Notes under the pieces: model-generated | What the model saw: only the letters and a program-made list of their open reading frames with translations | Database searches by the model: none | What the model was told of the DNA's origin: nothing | DNA from: Vermamoeba vermiformis | Taxonomy: Eukaryota | DNA: 64,000 bases | Reading direction: 5' to 3' | NCBI GenBank assembly: GCA_045837725.1 | Contig: JBEWZL010000056.1 | Location: forward strand, 124,001-188,000 | In this document: piece by piece, positions 37,754 through 50,500 of the stretch | Layout of the letters: the number at the start of each line of letters is the position of its first letter | Numbering within the stretch: the first letter of the stretch is position 1 | Made by a program: the position numbers and the translations under genes

Positions 37754-39054
37754 GATTTGATGGTAAGTATAAATGAGGTGTGGTCTAATATTTAATCAGA
37801 TAATCTGAATGAGGATACAAACGAATTTTTGCAATTTATGTTGCCAAGTCTTTTCCTTTTATGGTCAAAAATCACTTCGCACGAGTTTTCAGATCGCACG
37901 TGGGTCGGATTTTAAATCAATAGTTTTGCATACAACTCTTATCCAATACGCAAGTTACGATCACGTACATTAACGAAGATATAAGAGATCATAATTTGGT
38001 CTCAAAGTCTTGTTTAAGTCGAATCAAGATCAAGATTCATGAACGAGTTTCATGATTGTGTTTCAATAATCAAAAAATACCCGCATATGGTTATGGACTA
38101 TATATGGCCCGTATTGCATCGCCATAGAGTCTCATATCAAAAGTTTATCAAACATTATAACGATCTTATTGGTATATTAGATGAGAATGACGCAGGTACC
38201 AGGCATACCGCGGGATATTCTAGGTAAACGCGTTCCACTGATATTTAGATCCCAAGTACGAAGTTTCTGTTATCAAATAGATGCTCATCCTGACTTCTAT
38301 CGCCGCTACTTTTGCACGTGCTAGTTGTGGGATGGCATTTTACATCTGACCGTTCATTCTTGAACAGCAATGGCGTTATCTTGACATTCTTGAGCAGTAC
38401 ACGCGAATATACATCGTTGCCTCACCTAATCTCGATTTGCATCGGGCTATTTTACGCCCTAAACCCGTCAATGGCATGTCAATTCTTTTTTATCGCGTTA
38501 AATATCGATTTAACTGCCCGAAATATTAAAAAACACGGCTTAAACATTGCTTAGAATTCCACGAATATTAGAGAAAACTACAGATAATTAGAGTTATATA
38601 ACCGCTTGCCGTTGGCGTTAGTCGTGGATCTGTCACTCGGATATTTGACTGCAATGCTATCAAACGCGAAATCGTACACCGGGAAACTACGCTTCTCTAT
38701 TTCATGAATAATCAGGAAACCTCGGCAAATATCCTTGCTTTTGAACTTCGGCACGAATGCTCGAAATTGATAAACTTCCCATGGATCCAGAGGCTATTAT
38801 CGGATCCTCGGTTTTTTCTTGAAATCTTATATTAGGTTTAAGTATACTGAGCCACCAAAGATACAGTTGCTGTTCTTCTTGTGTTAGTTTCACGTGTCCG
38901 GACTTTTCCGATTGAGGCATTTTGTTGCGAGATATATTGCATTGGTCTATAAGATTTCTTAATTACTGAGATCATTGAAAAAAGTATGTTTTCAATCTTA
39001 ACAATCATTGCGTCAGAAAACAAATTTTATCTATGTACATTAATCCAAGCAGCG

Positions 39055-41273
39055 TTAAATCGGCCGATATCCCGTCGTCGAAGGTTTGCACCACGGCAAA
39101 TATACTGAGAAACAACCACTTTGATTTTGATGCTTTTCTTTTACGAAGGTCGTGTAGCGATAAGCAACCAAGCCTAAAAGTGAGCCGGATCAGCTAAAAT
39201 AATTTTGAAATTTTGTAAAGCCTTGATTTAACTCACCGATCATTACGACTATTAGACCATAGATAGTAAACTGGTTGATATTATCGGAACCGATCAATGG
39301 CCAGTTGAAGTAGAACATAAACACCGAGATAGGGAGAATGGCTTTGAGCGCCATAAAACTTTGTAAAGCGCTATCAAAATCAATCTCGTTAGCATTAATA
39401 TTCAAAGCCTAACCCTATTATTCGTAATTACCTGGCTTTTTTGAGCAAGACCAGCAAGGTAATGTTGAATAAGAGATTGATAACCATGTAGATCAAGTAC
39501 GGCCACGGATTCGGTGAACAATCGGATGTAGCACCTTCAGGCGTCGTGCCAAAAAAGCATCTAAATAAGGCAAACGAATAAATTTAAATTTCCAAATTGA
39601 ATTTGGATAAAGGCTCGGATCTGTTCAGAAAAATTCTTCTTACCGAAATCCATCGCGCACGTAGTCCCATAAAGGCACGCCCTTAGTCTGGTTGAATATC
39701 AAAGTGATAGGAATCATTACAGGCCACCATAACAATTGAAATAGTGAGCCGTGGCTGTTCACTACGAACACATCCAAACCCTTCTTGTTCTTGAATACCA
39801 ATTCTTTCAACCTAATATAATCATCATAAGTATAATTAATACTATTAATCCTCTTAATATTAATTTGAAGCTGTTCGAAGTTCAAAATTTAAGTGATTGG
39901 ATCCGGTCAGTTTTGAACTACTTACGTGAATGAGATGGCACTCGGCAATGTTGAAACAGCCATAAGAATGCTGTAGCCGAGACTGCTGTGTGACTTGGCG
40001 TGGCCAGTGATGTCTGGAATGATTGCCACGAGTGCGCCCATGACGACAACGAGCACGCTCCAAGTCTGCCAGTACGTGTACCTGTAATACAACAAGCTTA
40101 ATTAACACCTCTATACTTCTTTAGTATTATCAATTTATAGGAATAATTATTATAGGGTTGATTATCAAATAAACTAATTTAAAAAACTTTCTCCGCGCGA
40201 AGCGGATGTGATACCTTGTGCCAAGCATGATCAAAGCGCAAAGCATCGAGAATAGTACAATACATTGTGACATTAGCGAGATCATAGGACCGCTAATATA
40301 AGGCGTACTACAGAGAAATAACGCGTTAGTACTGGATCGACATCTGAGTTTAAATAAAACTTACGGAATAATGCCGAGAATATTGCCTAATCCGTCCATC
40401 AGACCCATTAATACGAAATATTTGATTGGTGGAATGACTTGCCAGGTGCGAACGAGGCAGTTGGTAGATGTCGCGGGCATTCTAAAAATAGAACTAATTA
40501 AAACAATGATCCTCAACAACTAATCATAAGGACATTATGATAGGTGCATCTAGAAGGTGTGAGTGATTGGTAAAGTGATTCTAAATAAGGAAATAGTATG
40601 AAAGTCGATCGTACTTCTTCCAAGGAAAACTCAGCATGTCTTTGGTTACTATTTTCATTCCATAGCGCACGAATAAAATCGTGAAGTATAGGGCTACATA
40701 TCTATAATAGAATCGAGTAAGTTAGATTTTTTGAACAGATCCGGATGGATCAGAAAAGTTGAAGTCGTTTTACTTACAAAGCAGCTCCGAAAAGTGTAGT
40801 GAAAAATGAATAGTTGCCAAAGGGTTGCGTCATGATCTATAATATAAGGTTAATAAGTGTTGATGTAAGTGCGCGCCAGATCCGTCAAATAAAAATCTTT
40901 GTTAATTTATTTTTAATTTTAAAATTATCACTGTAATTATACATAAAAACATCATATTAATATCGTTTGTATTCATAAGGATTTAATTGCTGAGTAGTAA
41001 ATTTCTATCGGTCTTAATTACTAGTTATACACGTACCTTATTAGCCACACGATTAGCAGAGCCTAAAATAATGACAATAATCATTAAAATGGCGATTTCT
41101 AATTCTCTTTTCGTTGATTGCTTCATTTTAATGCCGATCAAAGAAGTTAACTGATCGGGATCCGATTTCTCTTCATTGTTTATGAGCAAAGGCCGCTCTA
41201 CATCGTTGCTGTCGTCGCCAGTAATATTATTATACGAATTTCCGCTGCCGTTACTCCGGTTCTGGCTCGCCAT
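39055..41273 (-). CDS. CRT-like (chloroquine resistance transporter family, DMT superfamily) membrane transporter
   Basis: About 10 hydrophobic segments; [58 protein letters not shown] motifs typical of CRT-like proteins. Confidence 0.85.
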
Positions 41274-41369
41274 CTTGCGCGTGAAAGAAAAATAAACAAA
41301 AAGCCCAGCAAAACAATTTAATCTGATTCTTTTTCTATAAAACAACAACTATTACATTTTGTAAATATA

Positions 41370-42464
41370 ATGGCTAATTTAGAGCACCTTGCCCTTCGTT
41401 TTACAACGCATGACTCTGAGATTCCAGCAGATTCTCAAATCCAAAAGCGCATCCACTTTATTAGACACGCGGAATCAACTTTTAATAAGGCATTTGAAGA
41501 GGCTGGATATTCTGGCGATCCTATGAAGTTCGACGCTCGCCTAACTGGTAACGGATTTACATAATATTATTTCTCCTTCTGTACAGTTTTTTATCGCGTC
41601 TTAAAACAAATTATTTTATGCCTATATACCACCTAAATATTATTCCACGATAATATTATATTTACGCAAAGTAACGTCTTGATTTTCTAGCGCAGTCTTT
41701 ATTATTACTCATTAAAGCTCTATCATAAGCTAATCATTTGCATTTATGATTAGATCATGGTCTATCTCAAATTGAGAAAAATAGACCGCAATACGAAGAG
41801 ATTGAAATCGAACTACTCGTCGTTTCACCTCTTACACGTGCCATCCAGACTTGCATGGGCTTATTTGGCCACAGAAAGGTAATTTACTATCTAAAATAAT
41901 ATATATTGCTATATATGTTAGCAAACGATATTCAATCGATATTCCATGGTCAAAGAACTAATTCGTAATTTAAGATCCCGACGCTGGTATCAAATTTGAT
42001 TACCGAACACTTGCAATCAAGTTGTGATATTGGTAGACCAGCTTCGGTGCTCAAAAAGGAATTTCCCAACTTGAATTTCGATCATTTGGACGAGATCTGG
42101 TGGTACAACGAACCCGGATTTAAAACTATGGAAGAGTCGATTGAAGCCTGGAAAAATAACATACTATTCGAGCCTTGGAGTAAGTACTATACGCTACTCA
42201 TTATAATTATTAACAATCGCTTTGGGGTCTGCTATTGGACTTCGAAATTGGATCGCAACAATTTATTGTTTAATTAACGTTTATTTTTTCGCAGAAAATG
42301 TTGAAGATAGAATAGAACAGCTTAAATATTGGTTAGCAGCACGACCAGAGAAGAACATCGCTGTTGTATGTCACGCGGACTTTTTGCACGAAATTGTTAA
42401 CGAGTGGCTTGATAATTGCGCACTTTATAGCATGTATTTGTACAGTGATGCGATGGGCAAGTAA
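41370..42464 (+). CDS. Histidine phosphatase / phosphoglycerate mutase-like protein
   Basis: IHFIRHAESTFN, DARLT..G, VSPLTRAIQT, CDIG, RPEKNIAVVCH motifs. Confidence 0.88.
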
Positions 42465-42638
42465 AATAATTCTGAGAATTTCCAATAGATCTTCGTACCG
42501 GCAATAATTTTGGGGCAATTAGATCCCACTAAAGGCGACATTTGCGACTGACCATGATGGCACTTATTAGGACTTAGTCATATATTAATATGATGTGCCC
42601 GGCATCCATAACTACCATGCTAAGTGTTGATGGATTAT

Positions 42639-43332
42639 CTATAAGCAATTCTTCTCTGCATCGTCGTAGATCTGCTCCAACAAGTTGACATCAAAAACGA
42701 ACTCGGAGTACTCGGCTTGCATCTGTTTGATCCAAGCAGCTTTGCTTTCTATCATATTTTTGAGCATTGATACCATGAGTACCGTTGTACTATAGGTCAA
42801 AACGAAGGCTGCATCCCTGTCCATTATTAACCCCGGATTTGCACGGTAGTATTCTTCCGCGTATAATTCCAAAAAGCTAAATATGTCAGTATATATATAC
42901 TACACGGCATATCTTACTTTTCGAAAGCGTGGTTCGGTTTCAGCTTCAGGAACATTTCTTTAAGGCCGGTAGGCAAGGGCTTTGACAGATCTAGTAAATT
43001 TATAAACGCGCGTGCTGTCGTAATATTATCTCGATGACGAATATACTCCCATGCAGAGGGTTGTTGCAGCGTATTTGCTCGGTTAAACTAGATTAATAAG
43101 AAAGTTTTAAGATATGACACTTTAGGTCCAAAATAATACTTACAATAAATTTAGCCATCTCTAGATTAATTTGTTGCGGATCAATGAGGCCGTGGTCAAG
43201 TAAATAAGATTCCGCTTTTTTAGATCGTGGATTGCTTGTTTTTAGTAGTGCTTCAGCGTTGCTCCAATGCTCTTCCACGACACAATTACGCGTGGTAATG
43301 CGCTTCTTGTTAGTACTAGAATTACTCCCCAT
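42639..43332 (-). CDS. Small N-myristoylated protein with divergent Sec7-like domain
   Basis: MGSNSS start; spliced ..FLELYAEEYYRANPG..DRDAAFVLTYSTTVL..SKAAWIK..LLEQIYD matches the C-terminal half of Sec7; FRLPGE motif absent. Confidence 0.65.
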
Positions 43333-43753
43333 CAGGAATCACAGAAAATTATGGCAAAGTTTTAGTGTGGTGTTCTTTTCGTCAGAGCGACATTAAAATA
43401 GAATAGACGATTATAATTACGTATAGTAATGCGAGTTGTGCTTGTGGATAAGTAAAAAAAAGCAAAAAGTTTCGCAAAAGAGGACCCCATGACGTTGCCA
43501 AATATTTATTTTGAAATCAGACACCAACTACGACACCATAAAGTATTAGGTACATATTATCTTTTGAATAATAACGTGATAATTAAGCGTTTGCATGGAT
43601 AAGCAATGTTAAAGCTTGATCTGAACGATTCAGTGAAAATAATGGTCAATAATAATTTTGTTTTTCAAATTTATTCGTGTAAATTATTCATAAAAATATA
43701 ATATAAAACGTGTGGCCATAATCTGAATATTTTTTTGAATTAGATCGCTGAAA

Positions 43754-45874
43754 ATGAACGACGATTACGTAATTGGAACTAAGCTCGCAGAAAAGCAACA
43801 CTTGGCGACTAAAGAGAAGGGACCCTCTGCTAAATTCAAATCACTGAAGGAGCAATTGCAACACACTCAGGTAATTTTGAAATAGTAATCTTTATTTTTG
43901 ATTTTTTTCCGATCAACTCCGGATTTGCACGCCCTCAATCATGATCGTTATCCTTGTTCGTGCGTAAATTAATAATAATACACGCAAGTTCATTTCAAGA
44001 CCTAATAAGCTTAAAGCGAATAATTAATCGAAAATTCATTGATCGCGATAACGGTCAAATAAAACCAGCTTGTTGCACTTAAAATGATTAATTATTGCCA
44101 ATTATACAATATAAATAACAAATGCATTATAAAGAGGCAATCTACTCCTCAGATTTTATTTTGCAATTTTTTTCTGAACGAATCTGGTTTGCGACAGCAT
44201 CGCTCTCCTTCAACAGATATTAATATTGCTTCTATTTATAGCTCTCGGAGATTTTGCCCGAACGCCACACATTAATCACAGCCTCAGGCAATGATTCGGT
44301 CAGCAGCGTGATCAAGAAACTAATTGACAATAACATTCTGTCGCTGCCAATTAGCGACCCTGCCAAAAAAGGAAATTACACCGCGTTCATTGATATGCTC
44401 GATGTATTAGTACAAGTATTGGAAGTATTTGAAGCGGTAAGTCGAACCGGTTCGATCGGATCCCGATCTCGTTCAAAAATAATTCAAACCTCGTTTAATT
44501 ATATTTACCTAATATAGTAATCCTATTTCTTATTATTTGGCGCTAATTTTCGTTGTTTTTAGAAACACACTGGCATCACCATGGAGGCTATTTTGAAGGC
44601 CGACGAATTCGCTAACATGCCTTGCGCACAATTGGCGAACAAATCACAACGCAATCCTTGGAAGTACGTGCTTATTAATATGATTATAATGCGTTATAGC
44701 TTAATTAGAACTGATAAATCAAATCGCAAACTCTCGATCCAGCATCAATTTTTGGATCGGCCTTGAATAATTGATTAGAGATTCAATTATTATTTTAATA
44801 CGTGCAATATGTCATATATATCCCATAGTATAGTATGCTAGTATTAACATACGTGTTTAGGCCTATTGAAAGCAGATCTACCGTGCTCACGACCCTCGAA
44901 CTTATGACCAAGTGGAAAGTCCACCGTGTGCCTATTTTGGACTCAGCTGGTGAACTCGAGACTACGATCAGCCAGTCCTTCTTGGCCAAGTATTTGGCAC
45001 AGTTCATTGACCAGTACGTACCTTCAAAAACTTTGACAGAACACGTGTCACACCTTGATCCGGATCTTCAACTATAGTTTAGCTAAATCAATATTCTTTT
45101 TCATACATCAATATAACTCATATTATATACAAGTGTCTAATAGTTAAATTATTCAGATTGCCAGCTCACTCTAAGACCGTCGGTGAATTGAAGCTCGGCT
45201 ACAAACCTAACATTGTAAGCTTTGATTTTGCATTATTTTTAAATATCTTTGCATGAATTTATTACTCACGATTTTCCATATTTAGATTGCTGTCAAGGCT
45301 ACTCAAAAAGTTCGTGAAGCATTCGTGTTGATCCGCGACAAAAATGTCAGTGGCCTGCCCGTGTTGAACGAGAACGATCATGTCATTGGTACGAATCGAT
45401 AGTGCTCGGCACCTATATGCATATATTAACCTATATACTTGAAATATAGCCAATATTAGTGGTTCAGATCTGAAGCATTTGGGTCACGAAGGAACATTTT
45501 TCACAAAGTTGAACAGTGCGACCGTTGAGGAATGGTTAGCGCTGTACGACAAGTTCCCTAGCCCTGTCTACGTCACGCCCGAGACCACTCTGCATCAAGT
45601 CGCGCATAAATTCACTCAACACAAGTATGTACAATTTATCCTTAATGACGCAAAGTAGCACATCCGCAATTTTTTTTTGCACGTAATTTTGTGTTAGAAT
45701 CGAATAGAATTTTATTTGGAGAGGCGATTTGTGTTATTCGTTATCAAGCACTATCTAATTATTATTATTCTTAATAGTGTTCATCGATTATTCGTGCTGG
45801 ATGCTGCTAAAAAGTTGGTCGGAGTTGTTTCTCTCGGTGACTTCTTGGACGTTATTTTGCACAACTTGCATTAA
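43754..45874 (+). CDS. Four-CBS-domain protein (AMPK-gamma/Sds23-like)
   Basis: NNILSLPI..FIDMLD, VHRVPILD..ISQS, VSGLPVL..NISGSDL, VHRLFVLD..VGVVSLGD CBS motifs. Confidence 0.88.
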
Positions 45875-46179
45875 GAACTTCCTTTAAATACAACAAAAAA
45901 GTCTCCGAATCTGTATTCAAAAAATAGATCCAAGTGCGGATTTAAACAAAAAGTCACCTAAATTATTAATCCCGTGTAAAATAATAATAGTAATATTATT
46001 GATCAGTATGCGGGTTCCCAATTCAGAAAAAAATCAATGAATGACAGTCACTTTTGGGACGGGAATGAAACTTAAAGTTAGGAAGTTGGGACAACAAGTC
46101 ACGTGTTTTCCTTCAAAAAAGCATTCTTTCCCTGCCTCTAAAAAGATTGTTTATAACAATACAAATACGACAAGCACAT

Positions 46180-46710
46180 ATGACACGAGTATTATTTATT
46201 ATCACGCTTTTGTTGCCTTTGGTGTTCGCGCAAACACGACCAGCACTTACCATCACCATATTCCCCGACACTACCTGTCGAAACTCCCTCACTACTTACG
46301 CTTTGGAGAATAATCCTTCCTTGTGTCAAAGCTTGCCAGCGGTCGTTGGTGGATTCGTCCAAGGATGGCCCGGATACGCTCGCTGCCAACAAGGAAGGAT
46401 GCTTTTATCCTATTGCAGACGACAAGACAATGCCACCGGTTGCGGTGACTGCGAAACACCTGTTCAAGTTTCACTCCCTGGTCGCTTCTCTGGATGCGCT
46501 TGGGACGGACTAATTCGTGCAACGGTGGCAGCTACTTGTCCGCCAGACAATACTATTATTGTTGAAGAAGCCGCGTTTGCTATTGCCTGGACTGGATTTG
46601 GTGTATTTTTCGTCTTAGCTGTTGTTTTTTTGGCTCTGTACGTTCACCAAAGAAGATCCGGATCCTTAACAAAATACAAAAACGCTCCACTAGCAGAACC
46701 ATTGATGTAG
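46180..46710 (+). CDS. Intronless type I membrane protein with small Cys-rich ectodomain
   Basis: Signal peptide MTRVLFIITLLLPLVFA; eight Cys; TM AFAIAWTGFGVFFVLAVVFLALYV; short tail ending EPLM. Confidence 0.75.
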   Translation: MTRVLFIITLLLPLVFAQTRPALTITIFPDTTCRNSLTTYALENNPSLCQSLPAVVGGFVQGWPGYARCQQGRMLLSYCRRQDNATGCGDCETPVQVSLPGRFSGCAWDGLIRATVAATCPPDNTIIVEEAAFAIAWTGFGVFFVLAVVFLALYVHQRRSGSLTKYKNAPLAEPLM

Positions 46711-46732
46711 AAACACTTGTTTGCCTTTAGGG

Positions 46733-46898
46733 TGATGAATATTTTAATGTATTTTATCGTATGTCCCTACATAATCATAAACTGCATTACACCATCGTAT
46801 CCTGTTTAAAAAAAGACACGAAATCTAAATCTACAGCGGTAAGGCCAACCCCTCCTACACAACTAAACATACGATAAAATACATTAAAATATTCATCA
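46733..46898. repeat. Perfect 32-bp inverted repeat with 102-bp spacer
   Basis: 46733-46764 TGATGAATATTTTAATGTATTTTATCGTATGT is the exact reverse complement of 46867-46898. Confidence 0.95.
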
Positions 46899-47202
46899 GA
46901 CTGTTTGCGGCTATAGCCAGACCATCCGGCAGTGAATAATGATAAACAATGCGAAATGGCAGCTCCAACGTTTGCAGGTATGCGGCGAAGATCTTTGTCT
47001 AATAATTCAAATTATAGGAAAATGTAGTTATAATGCTGACTAAAAGCGAAAAATCAACGGATCTATCGGAAGGCGCTATCAAAGCCGTTACTTTGCCGTA
47101 CGCCGTATTTCGTAACGATTCACAAATCCTCGATAAAAAGTCATTGAAAAGCAAATCTGAAGTGGCATTAGATCCGATGAAAAATACTTTATTCACAAAA
47201 AT

Positions 47203-50114
47203 TTACAGATCAATTAGTTTCTCCTCAGTAGTGGTGGAATTAGTGTTACTTTCAGTAGCAGCAACAGCAGTGCTATTATTGTTGCTCTTCACTTCACCGC
47301 TGACATTGAGCTCTTTCTTGAACTGCGTGTTGTACAACAAGGCGTAAATGCCGTTCTGCGCCAACAACTGCTTGTGCGTGCCAGTCTCAACCACACGACC
47401 TTGATCCAACACGACAATCACATCTGCGGATAGAATTGTGCTCAAGCGATGAGCGATGACTAGGGATGTGCGGTTCTTGAACAATTTTTCCAACGCTTTT
47501 TGGATCAAGGCTTCACTTTCACTGTCCAAACTGCTAGTAGCTAGTATATTACACCGTTAGTATAATAACATCTTCAATAGATTAAACACTGATGATACAG
47601 TAAGATTTGGATGCAGATCTGCTTACCTTCGTCAAGCACCAAAATCTTTGGATCCTTCAAGATTGTTCGGGCAATCGAAACACCTATGTTCGAAAATAGT
47701 GTCAGCATTGTCAATTGAATTAACATCGAGATTTCTTACGTTGTTTTTCACCGCCAGACAGTTTGAAGCCACGTTCTCCGACGATGGTTTCGAGACCCTC
47801 AGGCAGGCTTGAAATAAAGTTCCAAATGTTGGCAGCACGACACGCGTCTTCTAGCTCGCGGTCAGTGGCACGTGGGTTAGCGTAGAGCAAGTTATTCCGC
47901 ACGGTGTCGTGGAACAAGACGCACTCTTGGGTCACCATGCCGATGTGTTCCGCCAAGTACGCCAAGGAAATGTCACGAATGTCAACACCGTCAATCAAAA
48001 TGCGACCTTCTTGCACGTCGTACAGGCGAGGAAGCAATGAAATCATCGTGCTCTTGCCTGCTCCTGATCGACCGACCAATGCGATCATTTGACCGGGCTT
48101 GATGTCCACCGTGACATCTCTGTCGAATGTAACCGTTAGATTTCCATAAAAGGAAATATTATTCGCTGATTTTGGTACAAACCTGAGCACCCATTTATTG
48201 ATATCTTTGCTTTCATATTTCTTTTCATCACGGAACTGACCGCCCCACTAAGAAGCCATTGATATTAATCACTAGCACTATAATTATAATATCTTATACG
48301 TACTCTGATGCGGCCCTTTTGTTCTTCGAGCTGAATGACTTGTTCGCCTGCTTGACGACCGTAGCTGAAGGACACATTGTCGAACCTAAGACACCGTTAG
48401 TAATTACTTCTATATTATAGTATTCAATAGGCACGTACTTGATCTCGCCGTTGATCAATGGGTTGTTGGGATGCACGGGATCTTCAATTTCAATGGGCAG
48501 ATCTAGCACCTCAAACACGCGCTCGAAGCTGACCATAGACTAATTGTGGCATTAATATAAAGCCCTATATTACAGTATCGTATGTATTTATACCTTAATA
48601 AAGGCAATTCTAGCGTTAACAAGTGCGCTGAAAGGTCCGTAGATCATTCCGAGGTACGAAATCAACGCGACGATTGTGCCGATGGAAATTGAGTCGTTGA
48701 TAACTAAGTAGCCTCCGACCCAGTAAATAAGGGCTGTATCGACTATAATAACATAATAAGGATTAGAGTTTGGCTCAATAATGACATTTTTGGATCCGAA
48801 AATAAAGTTGATAAAAAATATTTTGATACGTACAAGCTACGACAATGCCGACCATGGTGTAAAACAGCGTGTCAGTCATGTTGTCTTTGACTGTCAAATC
48901 GCGTAGTTCAGCGACAGCAGCCTCGTACTTCTCTTGATGTAACTTTTGACGGCCAAAAATCTTGCACAACAATACACCTTGTACTTCTAATGTCTCATTG
49001 ACAATAGCGTTCATCTGATATTACAATCAATAAATAATACGATCACGTGATTAAAGATCATTAGTCGTGAAAATTTTGACTGTGAAAAAATTGAGATATT
49101 TTGTGTTACTTACGCGGCCATAAGAATCCATCCATTGTTTGCTAACATCTCGGACTCGTTCTCCGATTTTACGGGCTGGCAAGATGAACAGCGGAAATAC
49201 TCCGATAGCGATCAAAGTCAATTTCCATTCAAGCGAGAACATGATCACGAGACCAAAAATGACTTTTGCCGTGTTCTTAATAATTAAATTAGTTAATTTA
49301 AAATAATTACCGAATATTTTTACTCACGGTAATAATTTGCACAAAAGTTCCCGTAATGGCCCTAAAATGTGATTAGTATGATTTTTTATGACCTAAAAAT
49401 AGTACCTTTGAGCGCCAGTCACATCGTTGTTCAATCTCGCAACAATCTCGCCCATTTTTGTGTTCACGAAAAATCGTATTGACATGTCCTACCAAAAATT
49501 ACGTGTCAATTACTGGGATCCGAAAAAGTTAAAACAATTCCAGAATAACTAATTATATGAATATAGGTTTATAATTATATAAACGTACTTGTAAGTGTTT
49601 ATAGAGTTGCGTTCTTAAAATGTAAGTCAAGCCAGTGGACACTCGCGTGCTAAAGTATGTAGATGCGACAGACAACAAGCTATCCACTAATGGAATGGCT
49701 AACATGCCTATACCGACCCTATGATATAATAATACACGTGTTAGAACTTATCAAAGATAGGACAAGCCCAGATTCCAGTTTAAAAAAATACGAAAATATT
49801 TTGCGTAGCTTATTTAGTAATTCTAGGCATATAAAATGTATGAAGTATTTTAATATTAATTAATCGTAGCAAAATTACCAGGTTAGAGCCGCTTTGTCCT
49901 TTTCAATAAGGATGTGATCAATTAGTGCACGTGTCAAGAGAGGCGGGATCATGTTGATTGCAGTTGAGAAACCAATAACAATGAGGGTTAATATTACCCA
50001 TCGCAAAAACGGCTTAACGAGAGGGTAGATCCGCTTGAACAGATCTTTTGTTGACGCCTTCGTTGTTTTGCCTTCTTCGGCATATAAAAACGATCCCCAA
50101 GCACTCCAATCCAT
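47203..50114 (-). CDS. ABC-B/MsbA-type half transporter (TMD-NBD)
   Basis: Walker [10 protein letters not shown], signature [27 protein letters not shown] with [18 protein letters not shown] and [10 protein letters not shown]. Confidence 0.92.
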
Positions 50115-50500
50115 ATTAATGTTAGTTGTGGTACCCAAAGCCAAATAATAAATAAAATAATTTCGCCGAGGCTTTTTATCTCTTCCGTCTGAGGCCGAAA
50201 ATTCGCTAAATGTCCCTTACGTCTCGATTTGGAAAAATAAAAGATGATTTTTGAGTTGATTTGGGCCCAATTATAAAAGTTGTTGAAGATCAAATCCAAG
50301 ACCAGCAGAATTCCAGTTTCGTATAACTTACGGTTTGATAGGACTTACCCTCCACCAAAACCGCCTCCTCCTCGTCTCATGTTGCCTAATGTTGAATTGT
50401 AAAATACTAATTCGTGTACGTACCGAAGAAAATGCAATTGTTAGGTCGGACCAACGTACTTATTTGGCAATATCAACTTTCTTTCGATTGAAAATAGATT

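Noticed and set aside
38000-38920. Coding-like minus-strand fragments between HTH copy C and the CRT gene
   Set aside because: No consistent spliced model or motif could be built; possibly a degenerate gene
46790-47196. Open minus-strand frames downstream of the ABC-B gene overlapping the inverted repeat
   Set aside because: Splice phases do not join convincingly and no homology was recognised
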